From Corallochytrium limacisporum Hawaii (Eukaryota > Protista > Pluriformea), in the NCBI GenBank assembly GCA_002811645.1, contig PDIP01000022.1, positions 235,365-299,364 of the forward strand: 64,000 nucleotides of DNA, read 5' to 3'. A program made the position numbers and the translations under genes. Below are positions 31,565 to 46,300 of this stretch, in pieces (positions within the stretch are counted from its first letter, which is position 1; the number at the start of each line of letters is the position of its first letter). The notes beneath the pieces were generated by a model. It searched no databases, was not told the origin of the DNA, and worked only from the letters and a program-made list of their open reading frames with translations.

Positions 31565-33565
31565 GGGGGGGGGGGGAATGGACATTTCCCGCCAAAATAT
31601 CCTGCGCCTTGATCGATAAGTCTATAGTGAATGTATGGATGATAAGGAAGCAAAAAACGGCCCTACCAGAGGATTGGAGGGGTCCTGGAATGGGGTTCCC
31701 CTGCAGTGTGTGACCAATGAAAATGTTGGTCGGATCAAGGGGGAACACAGGCGGCAGGGGAGGGGAGGCGAGGGAGGGAAGGTCGCAGGCTCCGCGGTAC
31801 AAGAGGCCCCCTTGGCACCAGGGGGGGGGTGTTCAGGAGCGCTCCGAATGCCCGCCCGCCCGCGCCGGCCGCAACTCGACCTTGACCCTCCCCGAAATGA
31901 AAAAAAGGAGAGAGAGAGAAAAAAAAAGCAAAGGAGACCATGCTCGGCCGGTTGGACACCCGGAGGGCAATCCGGGCAACCCACCAACCAACAATAATAG
32001 AAAAGGAAAGCAGCAAAGCTAGAAACGCGATCCAGTAACCATTTCCCCCAAAAACCAAGAATCGACGAAGAAAAATCCCCAACAAAAAATTAGAGCGCAG
32101 TCACAGACAGGTGGAACGGATGGAGAAAATGTAAGAATAGAACAGAACGTACATCCGTGCGCGGGAGTTCCAGCCTCACGTCTCCGTTCGCTCTCAATTT
32201 ACTCACAAAACCTGGAACAGCACAGCCCACTCTCCCGGTAAATCTCAGCTTCTCTCACTCACACTCTCTCCCCCCCCCTCCAATTCCCGATCCCCGTGGC
32301 TGGCCCCCCTCCCTCCCAAACCGTCACCTTCCCTCCCATCGTGTCTCCCCCCCTCTCCGCACACTCTCTACTGCGGCAGCTGGCACTCGCCTTTTACTTT
32401 TTTTCTCCTATATTTTGCAAGACACAAAAAACTCTTTGCTCTCTTGCGCTTACAACCCAACCCAACCCAACCCCTCTCCCGGGGAAGGGGGGTAGTGATA
32501 TGGACATTGATCATACTCGGGTGCACTACCGGTGGGGTAACCTGTTACGTATTATCTATTGGTATATATGGGCCCTGGTTCTGGCTTTTCTGATGAAAAT
32601 ACAAAGAGATAGTAGTAGTACACGTATTGTACCATCCCATCCGTCCAGACTACGCGGCTCGCGCCTATCCACCCCTATCCATTCAATACCATATTTTCCT
32701 CGGGCTGCCAACCCTCGCTTGTTCACACTACCTGCAGGGCGATAAAAAGAAAATACGGCTGTGCAATGTCCCCTTGTCCCCAGGGGGGGGGTTGTTTCTT
32801 GGGGAAGGGGGCGATTCCTCCTTCACCTCTCACACTCACCATTTGTGTGTGCCTGCCTGCCATTCGCGTCGTGTACTGATGCCGTGTTGCCGGGGGTCTG
32901 TGTATGTTGTACAGTGGTGTCCGTAGTGTCCGCAGTAACCGTACTACTCTTGCTGTATAAGAGGAATCCAAACTGATCCTTGACCTCGGACACGTGCACC
33001 AATGGGTTGTACACTCACCCACATCTGAAGTCTATTCTCAATGCGTTGACTTCTGTGAACGCACCGGACGCTTCCATCGGGAATTCGCTAAGACATTCTC
33101 CCAACTCTGACGATGTCTCGACTCACCCACATCTATCGGACGTGGAATCGCTTTGGATAGCGTAATGTATGGCCGCTTGGATTTTCGCATGCGGTATCTA
33201 TTGTCCATGGCAAACCACAGACCGAAAGATAGACACGGTTGGTTCTACATGGGTAGCTTGCCGGGTCAGATACCTGCTGTGTAACAGAGCGCACTCGGGC
33301 CACCACCTAAACGGATAAGCGATCAACCCACAAGTACACACACCGCCACAACCACTCATAAAGACCCACTCACCTCTAGGACACAAGCATTTAAACGCCG
33401 AACTGATGGTCATCTGCGTGTTCTAGTCGAGCATGGTGAGGAAAACAGAATCATGGGAACACTGAATGTCCTGTGATGTTGATATGGTGTTGACAGAGAT
33501 AAGGCGGCAAATGGCCACTTATTTGTCCGTGTGTGAGAGAAGGGAGGGCCGGGGCGAGAAAACAC

Positions 33566-33610
33566 AGAGAGAGAGGGAGCGAGCGAGAGAGAGAGAGAGA
33601 GAGAGCGAGT
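33566..33610 (+). repeat. (GA)n microsatellite
   Basis: Directly visible. Confidence 0.9.
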
Positions 33611-34276
33611 GAAAAAAAAAAAGAAAGAAAACCCCCCAACACACTCTCAACCCCCGGACACGAATATTACCCCAGCGTCGAGAGGGAAATACGGGAGGGA
33701 GGGAGTGTGTAATGAGTGTGAGAGTGAAGAAAAGGGGAGGGTGGTCAATGAGAAAGAGACAGGACCGAGGAACGAGAGTCAGTCTGTGAGTGGACCAAAG
33801 TGAAAATCGGGCAGGGCAGGACGAAAACCCCCTGGGCAAACTTTTTTTTTGTCCTGTATTGCTTTATCTAACAAAAGATATAACGTCTTTGTCGTTACGT
33901 GCTTACTCTCCCACCTCAAACTTCATTAGTAAGAGGGTGTCCAGAACGCATCGTCAAAAAATTCAAGACACACGCGAGACCCTTAAGCAGTCGTGCATGG
34001 ACATGCAGCCGATGAGATGCAGACTGACGGGAGGAACAAAGAAGCGGTGTTGGGATGAAACGGCAAAGAGGTTGCTCATATCAACGGGATGTCCTGTGAA
34101 ATGAAATCGTATGTATTCCAAATTGGGGTGCTGGCATAGAAGGTCAAGTTTCCCGGTATGGTCGGTCAAGATAGGTGCGGGGGTGGACAGGTTCCCGCTC
34201 GATGGACAGAAAGGAGGCGCCATTGCAGCGAGAAGATGGGGTCAGTGCTGTTGTCATGTTTGACTAAGAATATAGG

Positions 34277-37023
<2,747 letters not shown>

Positions 37024-38025
37024 CTATTTGTGGGCTGACCACTCACTGGCCGCCAACCTACGCTGCTGACATGCCTAATAGGGTAATGTCGCTTTCAAAC
37101 TATTAAACACTTGTGGATTCCCTTCGATGGTGTCTTAGCAATTCCCGATTGTCGAATGTACCTTCATCGGATACACTGCGTGACCAGTCCAATCCTTTCC
37201 CACAGTACCCGCAACTGGTTTTGCGTAATCCAACACGATTCAATGCGTTACACAGCAAAATCCGTACCATGTTCGGATGGTTGACTGATACCAGAGGCAA
37301 AGATCCTGCGAGTCCCGTGCCATTGCACTTGCTCAGTGTAATCTTTGACAGAACCTGCATCGGAATGCTGACACGTTCTTGCGGACCACCCTTCTTTCTC
37401 GAACAAAGAAAACGAGTCCTACATTTACTATTGGTAAGGGGCGAAACTGTGACCTATTCCACCAGCAGCACGTCAATTGACCCCCTGGGCACCCCCCAAG
37501 AACACTTCTAAATCAACGGCGCCGGGCCAACACACACCCACCCACACACACACAGACACACAGACACACACGCACACACAGAGAGCGTTAAGCTGCTCAT
37601 GAGCGAAGCACCGTGAAAGGAGAGGCACCGAAAGTACCGCAGCCGGGTGCCAATAGAGTGGCCCTGTAGCCAACAAACCGCACCGCAAGCGAAAAAAAAA
37701 ATATGATGGGAGAGGCAGGAATTTCTTGGTGGAAAGGGGCCTCACGGGGAGTTGGTTTTGGTGGGTGTGGGGACGGCAGGGTGGGCTGCGAGATTGGGAG
37801 ACCATAGACTCAGCACAACATACATCACCAGCCCCGCCCCAAAATACGCTCAGAGAAGCAGACACCGAGACAGGGGTTCCCACCTGCCCGGAAAAAGCCA
37901 AGAAAGGGGCGAAAAAAAAAAAAAAAAGAAAAAAAAAATGGCTGGGGGAGAGAGAGGGAGCGATAAAATAGACTCCCGATTATTGACGGGAGTCTTATTT
38001 TCGTCGTAAAGCTGAAACGGAGGGT

Positions 38026-38034
38026 GGCGCGAAA
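38026..38034 (+). promoter_or_regulatory. E2F-type site GGCGCGAAA in the HRI/PIBF1 divergent promoter
   Basis: Matches the TTTSSCGC E2F consensus; about 300 bp upstream of the PIBF1 ATG. Confidence 0.55.
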
Positions 38035-38338
38035 CAGAGGTTCTGTTGAGAGACGGACTCGGTTTTCGGGCGCGGGGTTTGCGGTTCTTGACGGGTTTTA
38101 GACCCACAGCGGGAGTCCTATTCTTCTACACAACTTGAATAGATACTTTCCATTGTGGAGTGTGAGAAAGCACGTACTTCAGGATCCCAATTTAGTTTCA
38201 GTTCAAGGGTGTGCATCCGGAAACACGAACTGACGAATTGAGCAGAGAGCGTCCGTACGGTATCATGTACGTTCAGCGGTAGGCATTGGCATGAAATAAA
38301 GTTGGTAACTGGCAAAACATCTAAACATCAGGTGCAGG

Positions 38339-40594
38339 ATGGCAGCCTCAGTGGCTTCTGCCGCAAGCCCTAACAGAAACTTGCTCAGCAAGGAAGAGTT
38401 GGACCTTTTCCTGTTGGATGAAACCTTGGAAGAGTTGGAAAGCCCGTGGAGGGGAACACGCCAACCACTTGGCGACGCACTGGACACTGAAAATGTTCCG
38501 GTTGGTATGGAATACGAGATTCAGCAGGTAAAGACTGAAGCTGGTCATCGGGCTTTGGAAGCTGACCGCGCTCGGAATGAATTGGCAGAGAAGAAGCGCC
38601 ACTATGAAAGCGTGATTTCAGACTTAAAGGACGAGGTAGCCCACCTGCAGGGTAAATGCGACGCTGAAGCGGACCGTCGTCGTCAGGAGGTGGCTGCGCT
38701 GCAAAAGACTCTTGGTGAATCCCTTGCATTTGCTAAAGAAAGGCAGCAGAAAATTGAAGCACAGAATCCCCTGCTCCATGCAAAGGTGTCCGAGATCCGG
38801 GAGGAAATACTTGCTGGCGGCGCTTCAGAAGCACGCGCACTGGAGCTGAAGAGCAAGCCTGAGGACGAATTATCGTTGCGTGAGCTTATTTCTCTAAAGT
38901 TTGGTGAGCTGCGTCGTGACAAGAACAAGAGGATTGAAGAACTCAGACGTCGGGTGGATCACCTGGAGCAGCGAAACCGTAGTCTGGAGAGTGATGCACG
39001 GACCCTCCAGACGAAGGCAGTCAAATTAGAACAGGTCCTGGACTCGGAACAAGAAAACCAGAAGGTGTTGGAAAGGCGGCATGCGGATCATATTTCCGTG
39101 CTAACCGGCAGGGCTGAGAAGGCTGAGAAAGCACTGACAACAAGCACATACCAGAACACACACTACGATGGCGTGGTACGTCAACGGGATGCGGCCCAAC
39201 AGGAGTTGTCAGGCCTGCGCTCCACGATCACTTTCCTAGAAGGGCAACTTGCCACTAAGACGGAAGAACTGGAGGACCGAGAAAAAGAGCTTGTTAATGT
39301 CAAGACCCAGCTGGACATGCTGAATCTAGACAAAGGCTATCTGAGCAAGGAGTCGGAGACCGCCGTCGCTCGTTTGCATCGTGTGGAAGAACAGTTGGAG
39401 ACCACCCGCCGCCAGGCCGATGAGCTGAAGAATGCCCGGGACGAAATCTATGAGCGCTTGGTCACCGCACGCGAGAGTGCAAAGCAGGAGTTCGAAGCCA
39501 AGCTGAACGCAGAGCTAGCTAGTCTGAAAGATAAGACTCACGCTGAGCTCGCAGATTTGCGCAACAACACTCGTGACAGCCACCAGCAGGAGCTCGCTAC
39601 CCTCCGCAGCATGCGGGAGGATGCCTTGGCCGAACGGGACCGAGCCATTCAGAACGAACGGGAAGCTCTGAGACGGCTGGAGGAGGTCAGCACCGATCTT
39701 CGTGCACGGCAGATTGAGTTGGACGGCCGCGTTGTCGAGTTGGAAGCCGCATTGAAGGCCAAGGCATTCGAGGCAGAGCGCTACCAGATCATGCACCAGG
39801 AACAAAGTGCAAGTTTGCGCACTCTGACCCTGGAACGAGATCGCATGCGTAAGGAAGTGGCGATCACGCAGAAGGAATTCTACGCATTTCAAACCCGTGC
39901 TGATAGCCGCATAGCAGGCCTCGAGAGCAATCTCAAGACTGCAAGGGAGCGCCTTGAAGTCTACGAAAAGTTGGAAAGTCAGCTCGACGATGCCGTCCTT
40001 CAGGCTGCGGATTCGCATGATGATGGCAAGGCCATGACTCTGATGGAAATGTATGCGAAAGAAAGTGGCATCACTACAAGTGGCAAGCGCCGCCTGCAAC
40101 AGAGTGTGGAACTGGCTCGAAAGGGCCTGCGGCTCGAGAAAGAGAAAGCGGAGCTAGAAGAGCAATGCAAGACGCTTCGCTACCAAGTAGACAAACTCAA
40201 GGAGCAACTGACTCGCAATGACGACCTTCTGCGTAAGACTAACCAACCGTACGCATACTTGATTCAGTCCTTGAAGCAGAAAGACAACGAACTTGTAGAA
40301 ATGAGTGAGCGCCTCGACCTCATGCGGCAAGACCTGTCCACCGTGAGTGAAGAGAAGCTCAGGGCCACTCGCGAGCGGGATCGTCTGCAGGTCGAACTCG
40401 AGGGCCTTCTGACTCTGCAGGATGAGCTCCAGAGCATCAAGGCCAAGCTTGTCGCCATGCGCCAATCCCACCACACACTCGACGACGTTGCTACCGGGGC
40501 CCGCCCGGCCTCTCCCATCAATATCAAAGCCGTCGGGCACGGCAATCGTGTTTCTCGAGTGCGTCAGACATATCAGCTCAAGAAGAAGAAATGA
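38339..40594 (+). CDS. PIBF1: PIBF1/CEP90 centriolar coiled-coil protein
   Basis: 751-aa coiled coil with PIBF1-like motifs DKGYL, YEKLESQLDDAV, RRLQQSVELARK and NQPYAYLIQSL. Confidence 0.88.
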   Translation: MAASVASAASPNRNLLSKEELDLFLLDETLEELESPWRGTRQPLGDALDTENVPVGMEYEIQQVKTEAGHRALEADRARNELAEKKRHYESVISDLKDEVAHLQGKCDAEADRRRQEVAALQKTLGESLAFAKERQQKIEAQNPLLHAKVSEIREEILAGGASEARALELKSKPEDELSLRELISLKFGELRRDKNKRIEELRRRVDHLEQRNRSLESDARTLQTKAVKLEQVLDSEQENQKVLERRHADHISVLTGRAEKAEKALTTSTYQNTHYDGVVRQRDAAQQELSGLRSTITFLEGQLATKTEELEDREKELVNVKTQLDMLNLDKGYLSKESETAVARLHRVEEQLETTRRQADELKNARDEIYERLVTARESAKQEFEAKLNAELASLKDKTHAELADLRNNTRDSHQQELATLRSMREDALAERDRAIQNEREALRRLEEVSTDLRARQIELDGRVVELEAALKAKAFEAERYQIMHQEQSASLRTLTLERDRMRKEVAITQKEFYAFQTRADSRIAGLESNLKTARERLEVYEKLESQLDDAVLQAADSHDDGKAMTLMEMYAKESGITTSGKRRLQQSVELARKGLRLEKEKAELEEQCKTLRYQVDKLKEQLTRNDDLLRKTNQPYAYLIQSLKQKDNELVEMSERLDLMRQDLSTVSEEKLRATRERDRLQVELEGLLTLQDELQSIKAKLVAMRQSHHTLDDVATGARPASPINIKAVGHGNRVSRVRQTYQLKKKK

Positions 40595-40948
40595 AGCATG
40601 AAGTGACCGTCATGCGTATAAACCAACACAGCATACATACACATACCCATCTCATGGCCGCTTTTGCCTCACGTTCCTGGTCAGGTTACCTGCCCAAACA
40701 ATTGATTCGCGCACCTCTGCACTCCCCTCTCTTGACTCCTGACCAACCAATGATCAGGTTTTCCCCGGAGAACGAGAACGTATTGAAGGAAACCAATAGA
40801 TGGGCCAGCCGCGGCAGAGCAATTCCCTGTTTTTTTTCAATGTGTAACTCTCCTCCTCCCCCTCCCCTCACCTTAGCTCACCGCACCCACAGGCCCGTAC
40901 TCCCTGGCCCCCCGCGGCACCCATCCGGGAAGCGCTGGACCCAACCAG

Positions 40949-41897
40949 TTTTCGCGCCAAAAAATCGAATGGTTTCAGCGCCCCGGCTTGCCCCCCCTTT
41001 CCTCGGTGGCTGCGTCTGCCCGGGGGACGCGACTCAAGGATTTCCGTTTGGGGTCTAAAGAGCATACGTGTCAATTTTCTGAACAGATCATTTTTAGTAC
41101 TCAATATATTTCACAATTCCACTCTCGGTGTGGTTTGGGACCAAGGTGCGCGCTCTGAAGGCCTTGGCTTTTTGGACCCCACCCCGTGAGCCCCCTCTCC
41201 GAAGCTCTGGGGAAGAAGGCAAAATGGGATAGGGAACTAACAATTCTTGCTTCTGGGTGCTCTCGCTCTCTCTCCCTCTCTCGGTCTCTCTCTCGGTCTG
41301 TCTCTGTCTCTCTGTTGCTTTAAACTTGAAAAACATGGAAAAACAAAAAGTTGCGTCCCCCGCCTATAACACCGGGGCTTTTCTTCTTACCTCCCCCGTT
41401 TTGTCTTATTTTCCTTCCTTCCTCTTTTTTCTTTTTTTACTTTGTTTCGGCCGTCCACCTTCGGTGGTTTTCTGCATCCCTGTTCTCACTATGGGAATAT
41501 ACCCGAGCAGCCAAATTTCTGTGGTCGGTTTTCTTATGTTTTCCCGTCCTTCCCCCCTCTCTCTTCGCCAGCCTCACTCTTCTCTTTCTTTTTATGTTTT
41601 TTATGTCTGCAAATGTTCTCACGTGCATTTCTTGCTTACCCCGGTGTTCCCTGGCCCCATCTTTCCTATTGTGAACCTACTGATGAAAACTGGGGACAAC
41701 GTTCTGCGAAGGGCGGGGAAGAGGTGAGGCACCTCCTCCTTTTCTTGAGGGTTCCGGGGAGTCCAATTTCGGCGCCCGATCCCCCTCCCCCCTCAGCGTT
41801 TCCTGCTGGTCCGCGGACGCTGGTACTGAAAATACCAGAGAAAAATGGCGCGAAAAAGGGCGGGGACGAAGCGGCCCCTTCCAGCAGCTTTCGCGCC
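40949..41897. promoter_or_regulatory. Three E2F-type sites upstream of Rb (40949-40961, 41847-41856, 41889-41897)
   Basis: TTTTCGCGCCAAA (same core as the classical DHFR double site), GGCGCGAAAA next to a GGGCGGGG GC box, and TTTCGCGCC. Confidence 0.65.
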
Positions 41898-43367
41898 TTT
41901 CTTCACGGCCATAAATAGCATATGATGATACGACAGGTAGGTATATACATAATCGAATACTATATATATTGTGTATTAAACAACGGCATATACTTATTTC
42001 CGTTGCCCATAGTGCCTATCTGACTTGTGGTCAGTGTGCGAAAGGAGTGGGACTTTTGGAGACACAAGTTGCATTAGCCCGGTTGTATTCGTGACCGTGC
42101 CTGCCAAGCGGCTTTTTCCTTTTTTTTTTTCCTTTTTCTTTTCTTTCTTTCTTTCTTTTTTTCTCCGGGGTTCTCTTCCCCGGCAGCCCTTCCTTCTCGT
42201 CCCCCTGCCTCAGCCCCACTTTTTTTTTTTCTTGGGCCCCTTCTTGCGTTCGAGTCTTCCCCCCCCCCTCCCCTCCCCTCTGCTCGAGTGGAGAGGGTGG
42301 GGTTCCCGGAGAAAGTTTTCCCTCTTTCCACACCCGATGCCCATGGAAAGAAACAAAACAGAAAGTATGGACGAATAATGAAACCAGATGATTAAAAGTA
42401 TAATAGAGGAAGAGGTTGGGTGGAACCAATAATGAACCAATTGATTTCTTTGGCAAGCTGCGCAGGAAAATGATAACTACGGGGAAAAATTTGACGAATG
42501 TGAAACCGGTTAATGAAATGCTAATGCCAGGAAGAGGGGGAGGGGGGAGAAAATATTCGCAAGAAATTTAGTACATTTTCAATTCTCAAGAAGATCACTA
42601 AGAAATTGAATTGGTGGGCCCTTTTCGCCACTCTCGTTCGCTCGCCCCTTCTGGTGTCGGTGAGGGGAAGAATCGGTGGTACTTTCACTAGGGGTTCCCA
42701 ACCGAAGGGTCTCCTTGCCAGTGTGAGGGAGATAGATCCGCTCCGGAACAAGAAAAAAAAAGGGAGAGCCAGCTGCGCGCGGGGGCACACCGATGAAAGA
42801 CTGCCACGGAATCACCGTACTGAATGGACTGCGCAGACGCGACGGAGACAGGAAGGCTTTGGTTGGAGAGAGGGGACTCCAGCGTTTGGTGGCTCCCTGT
42901 TTTGGCCATAGGGGCGCTGAATGGCCCCCTCCCCCTCCGCCCCCTTCCCTGTGCGCCCCCCCTCCCTGCTTGCTCGAGAGTTGTAAAAAGTGGGGATGCG
43001 AAGCTTCGTGTGGGTTGGTGGTGCATTGCTCGCCGTCCGGAATTAGTGTCGCTTCATTGGATTTCTCTTTGGGTCGATTTCCTGAAATTTGGGTCAACGC
43101 GGACCTTTACGACATGTTGAAACGGGATGCAGTAGAGTGCACGATAAACAGCTCGTGGTTCTCCAGCTGCCGAGGACTCTGTTTCAAACGTTCAGGAGCC
43201 AGCTGCTAGATCCAGCAAAGGTTTTTCAGTTACACCGATCAAGTGACCTACACTGACCATTCGCGTTCATATACATAAAGAAAAGAGCGACCAACAGATA
43301 GAATAGAAACTATCGTATGTCCTCAATCTTTTCGACATAGTGGTTTAGTTTCCGGGTTCCTCACACC

Positions 43368-46300
43368 ATGGTTCGCAGGAGCCTGCCCCCTGGGGTACAG
43401 CAGCGTATCCGGCAGCTTATTGACCAGATTTGCAACCATGTCAACTACTACAATGCGGACGCTAAGGTTGACGCTCAGAATATCATGGAACAGGCTATTC
43501 TGCGTTCTGGGCCCCAGGATTCAAGACAAGTTGACCTGGATAATTCTCTGGTCGCTTCCCAGAACACGGTTGAAAGCCAGGAAGCTTTCGTGAATCATAT
43601 GGGCTACAGAATTTTGCAGCAGCAGGCAAAGCCCTCAGATGAGCCCATGATGGCTGCTTTGGCCCTATTCTTGGCCATGCGTAGGGATTCCACTGCTCCT
43701 TCTCTGGACAACCAAACAACGTACGCGGGTCAGGGTATCACAATGGACCAGATTCTCAGAGGCGCTGACCCCAACGCAGACATGTACAGTTTCTTCAAAG
43801 AACTACAAGCAGTCGTCGAAGCAGGTGGCATTCTTGCCCCTGATGATGTTGACCGCATTGACCGCATTATGTACAAATTCTCCAGCATGTCTAGCATCTA
43901 CCGTCGGTACCAGGACGTCTTCGACTCCGTTGTAGCGCCCGAGGCCATTGTGACTGAGCACTCGACTGGAGACGGCCCCTCGGCACCACGCAGTTTGCTA
44001 TTCAGGTTCTGCTGGGTAAGCTTTCTGATGACAAAGATTCCTTTGCTGGCAGGAACGGGTGATACACAGGCAGAACTGTGCCTACTGAGTGCCAATATTG
44101 CGTGGATTCTAGACCACTGCCCTCGGGATTGGCTGGCAGCTGAGCGATATCAGGAGACGGACCAATTGCTACAGGCCGTGTGTCAGGTGCTCGGTCTAGA
44201 TGACAGCATTGTTTCGGATGCCAAGGGATTGATTCAGCGTTGTGTCGAGCCCTGCATGAAGGAAAATGGCATCACTGCCCGCCTGACCCAGGACTCTGAG
44301 CAGTATCCTCTCAAGGACAGGGCGACTCTGCGCTCCTGCTTGAAGATTGTTGAGAAGGAATACGACGACAAGCACAGAAGGATCAATGAGTTTGATGAAC
44401 AAATATTTTTCAACCCTAACGGCGTGAGGCCTAATGAGCCCAATACAGTCCAGGGTACTCCACAGCGTTACCATCATGGTATGCGCCAACGTTCCGGACT
44501 TCGGGAAGGTACGGCTGCTTCTGAGCTCCTGAACCAGCCCACTGCTGACGCATCATCCATGGTTAGCCCTCGTGATCGTCCATCCACTAACGGTCTTCGA
44601 AACGCCAGCAGCACCCCTCAGATCCGGGTAAACGGCAACGCAAGCGCACTGCGCAGTGCGAGCATGGGCGAGGGAGGCGTTTCTCCGGCCACGCCTATGC
44701 GTCGTCTTGACGCTCAATTCAACCAACGGGGGGCAGCCGCAATGGCAACGCCTCTGCATTTGCGCGCTGCTCAACAGAGCGTCATTCGCGGTGCCGGCGC
44801 TCCTGCTACACCCACTCGCAAGACGATAAACTCTCTGCGCCAAATGCAAGAGTCTCTGAAGGAGAACCAAGTCGAACCCGCGCAACTAGAACAGTTTGTT
44901 GACAACAAGGAGGTCATTGAGGCCATGGTGAAGCGGGTGGATATGCTACGGAAGGTGTTTGTTGAAGAGCAGGTACGGAGCATTAGCGAAAACATGCGTA
45001 CCCAGGCTGAAAAACGTTACAACATGGCCTTGAAGATGTACTGGCGCAGTCTGTACTGCATTTTGGAAGAGGAGCGCAGTATGAAGCATCGGCAAAAATT
45101 TGATGCCATGCTAAGCATGGGAATGTTTCACCGGTCTTTAATTGCCGTCTGTGTAGAGACCGTCTTGCACTGCTACGGCTCAACCTTGGCCTACCAGCCG
45201 GGACATCAACAGCCCGGACAGAGCTCTAAGCCGTGGGTTACTGAGGTATTTAAGCTCGATGTGTACGAGTTTGTCAAAATCTTTGAACCTTTCCTGACCA
45301 AGCGCTCTTTCCACATTTCCAGGGAAACTATCAAGCACATTGCCATGATTGAGCAGGAGATTGTAACTCGTTTGGCTTGGGAACAGGGCACTGCTCTGCA
45401 TGAGAACTTGAAAAAGACTCCGGAGACCATGCGCAAGTACCAGTCTGTCTTTGATATTAAGAACTTGGATCCGGTGAAAGAAGAGGATGCTGCCACTTCC
45501 ACCAACCCACCCGCACCTCCGGAAGAGGCTTCCAAAGAAGTCTCACGCCACACTCCTGCCCAAGCTAGTGTTCGGATCTTCTATCGTCGTCTGTATATCA
45601 TCATGTATCATCGTCTTCGTCGGCTTAGTGGCGCACTGGGCATTGGCGAAAACCTGCAACGGCGCATTTGGCTGCTGTTTGAGCACGCAGTGTCTCATAC
45701 CTACTCCCTACTGCAGGACCGTCATGCAGATCAGATTCTACTTTGCTGCATCTTTGGTGTCTGTCGTGCACACGACGCTCGGACTGAAATCCTCTTCAAG
45801 AACCTAGTGCGCGAGTACAAGAAGCTGCCGCACCATAATGGACGCATGGGCTCTGTCCTCTGCCAGCAGGTGAACCTCGATGGTGCTCCTACACAGACGG
45901 AAGGACAGGAGGCTCGTCAGACCGGATCCATTATTGACTTTTACAACTACGTATTCCTGCCCTTCCTTGAGAACGAATGCCGCAGGATTGCTCGTGAAAG
46001 CGAAACCGACCAGGCTAAAATTAACCGTGACACTGCGTACTGGGCCCGTGGACATCTCAGTAGCAATCCTGGCGACGGCTTGATGGTGGGATTGGTGACT
46101 CCCGTTCGCCTTCGTAAGGGACTTACCGTCAGTCCGATGCGCCGTGTCGGCAATGACATGTACATGTCTCCACAGAGGCCTTCTGCATCTGCCAATCGTG
46201 TGACAAACACTCGTATCCTTGGGCCGTCTGGTGCGCTGCTAAACACACCAAACTTCTACGCCTTTAGTCATTCCCCGAGCCGGAACCTGCAATGTATCAA

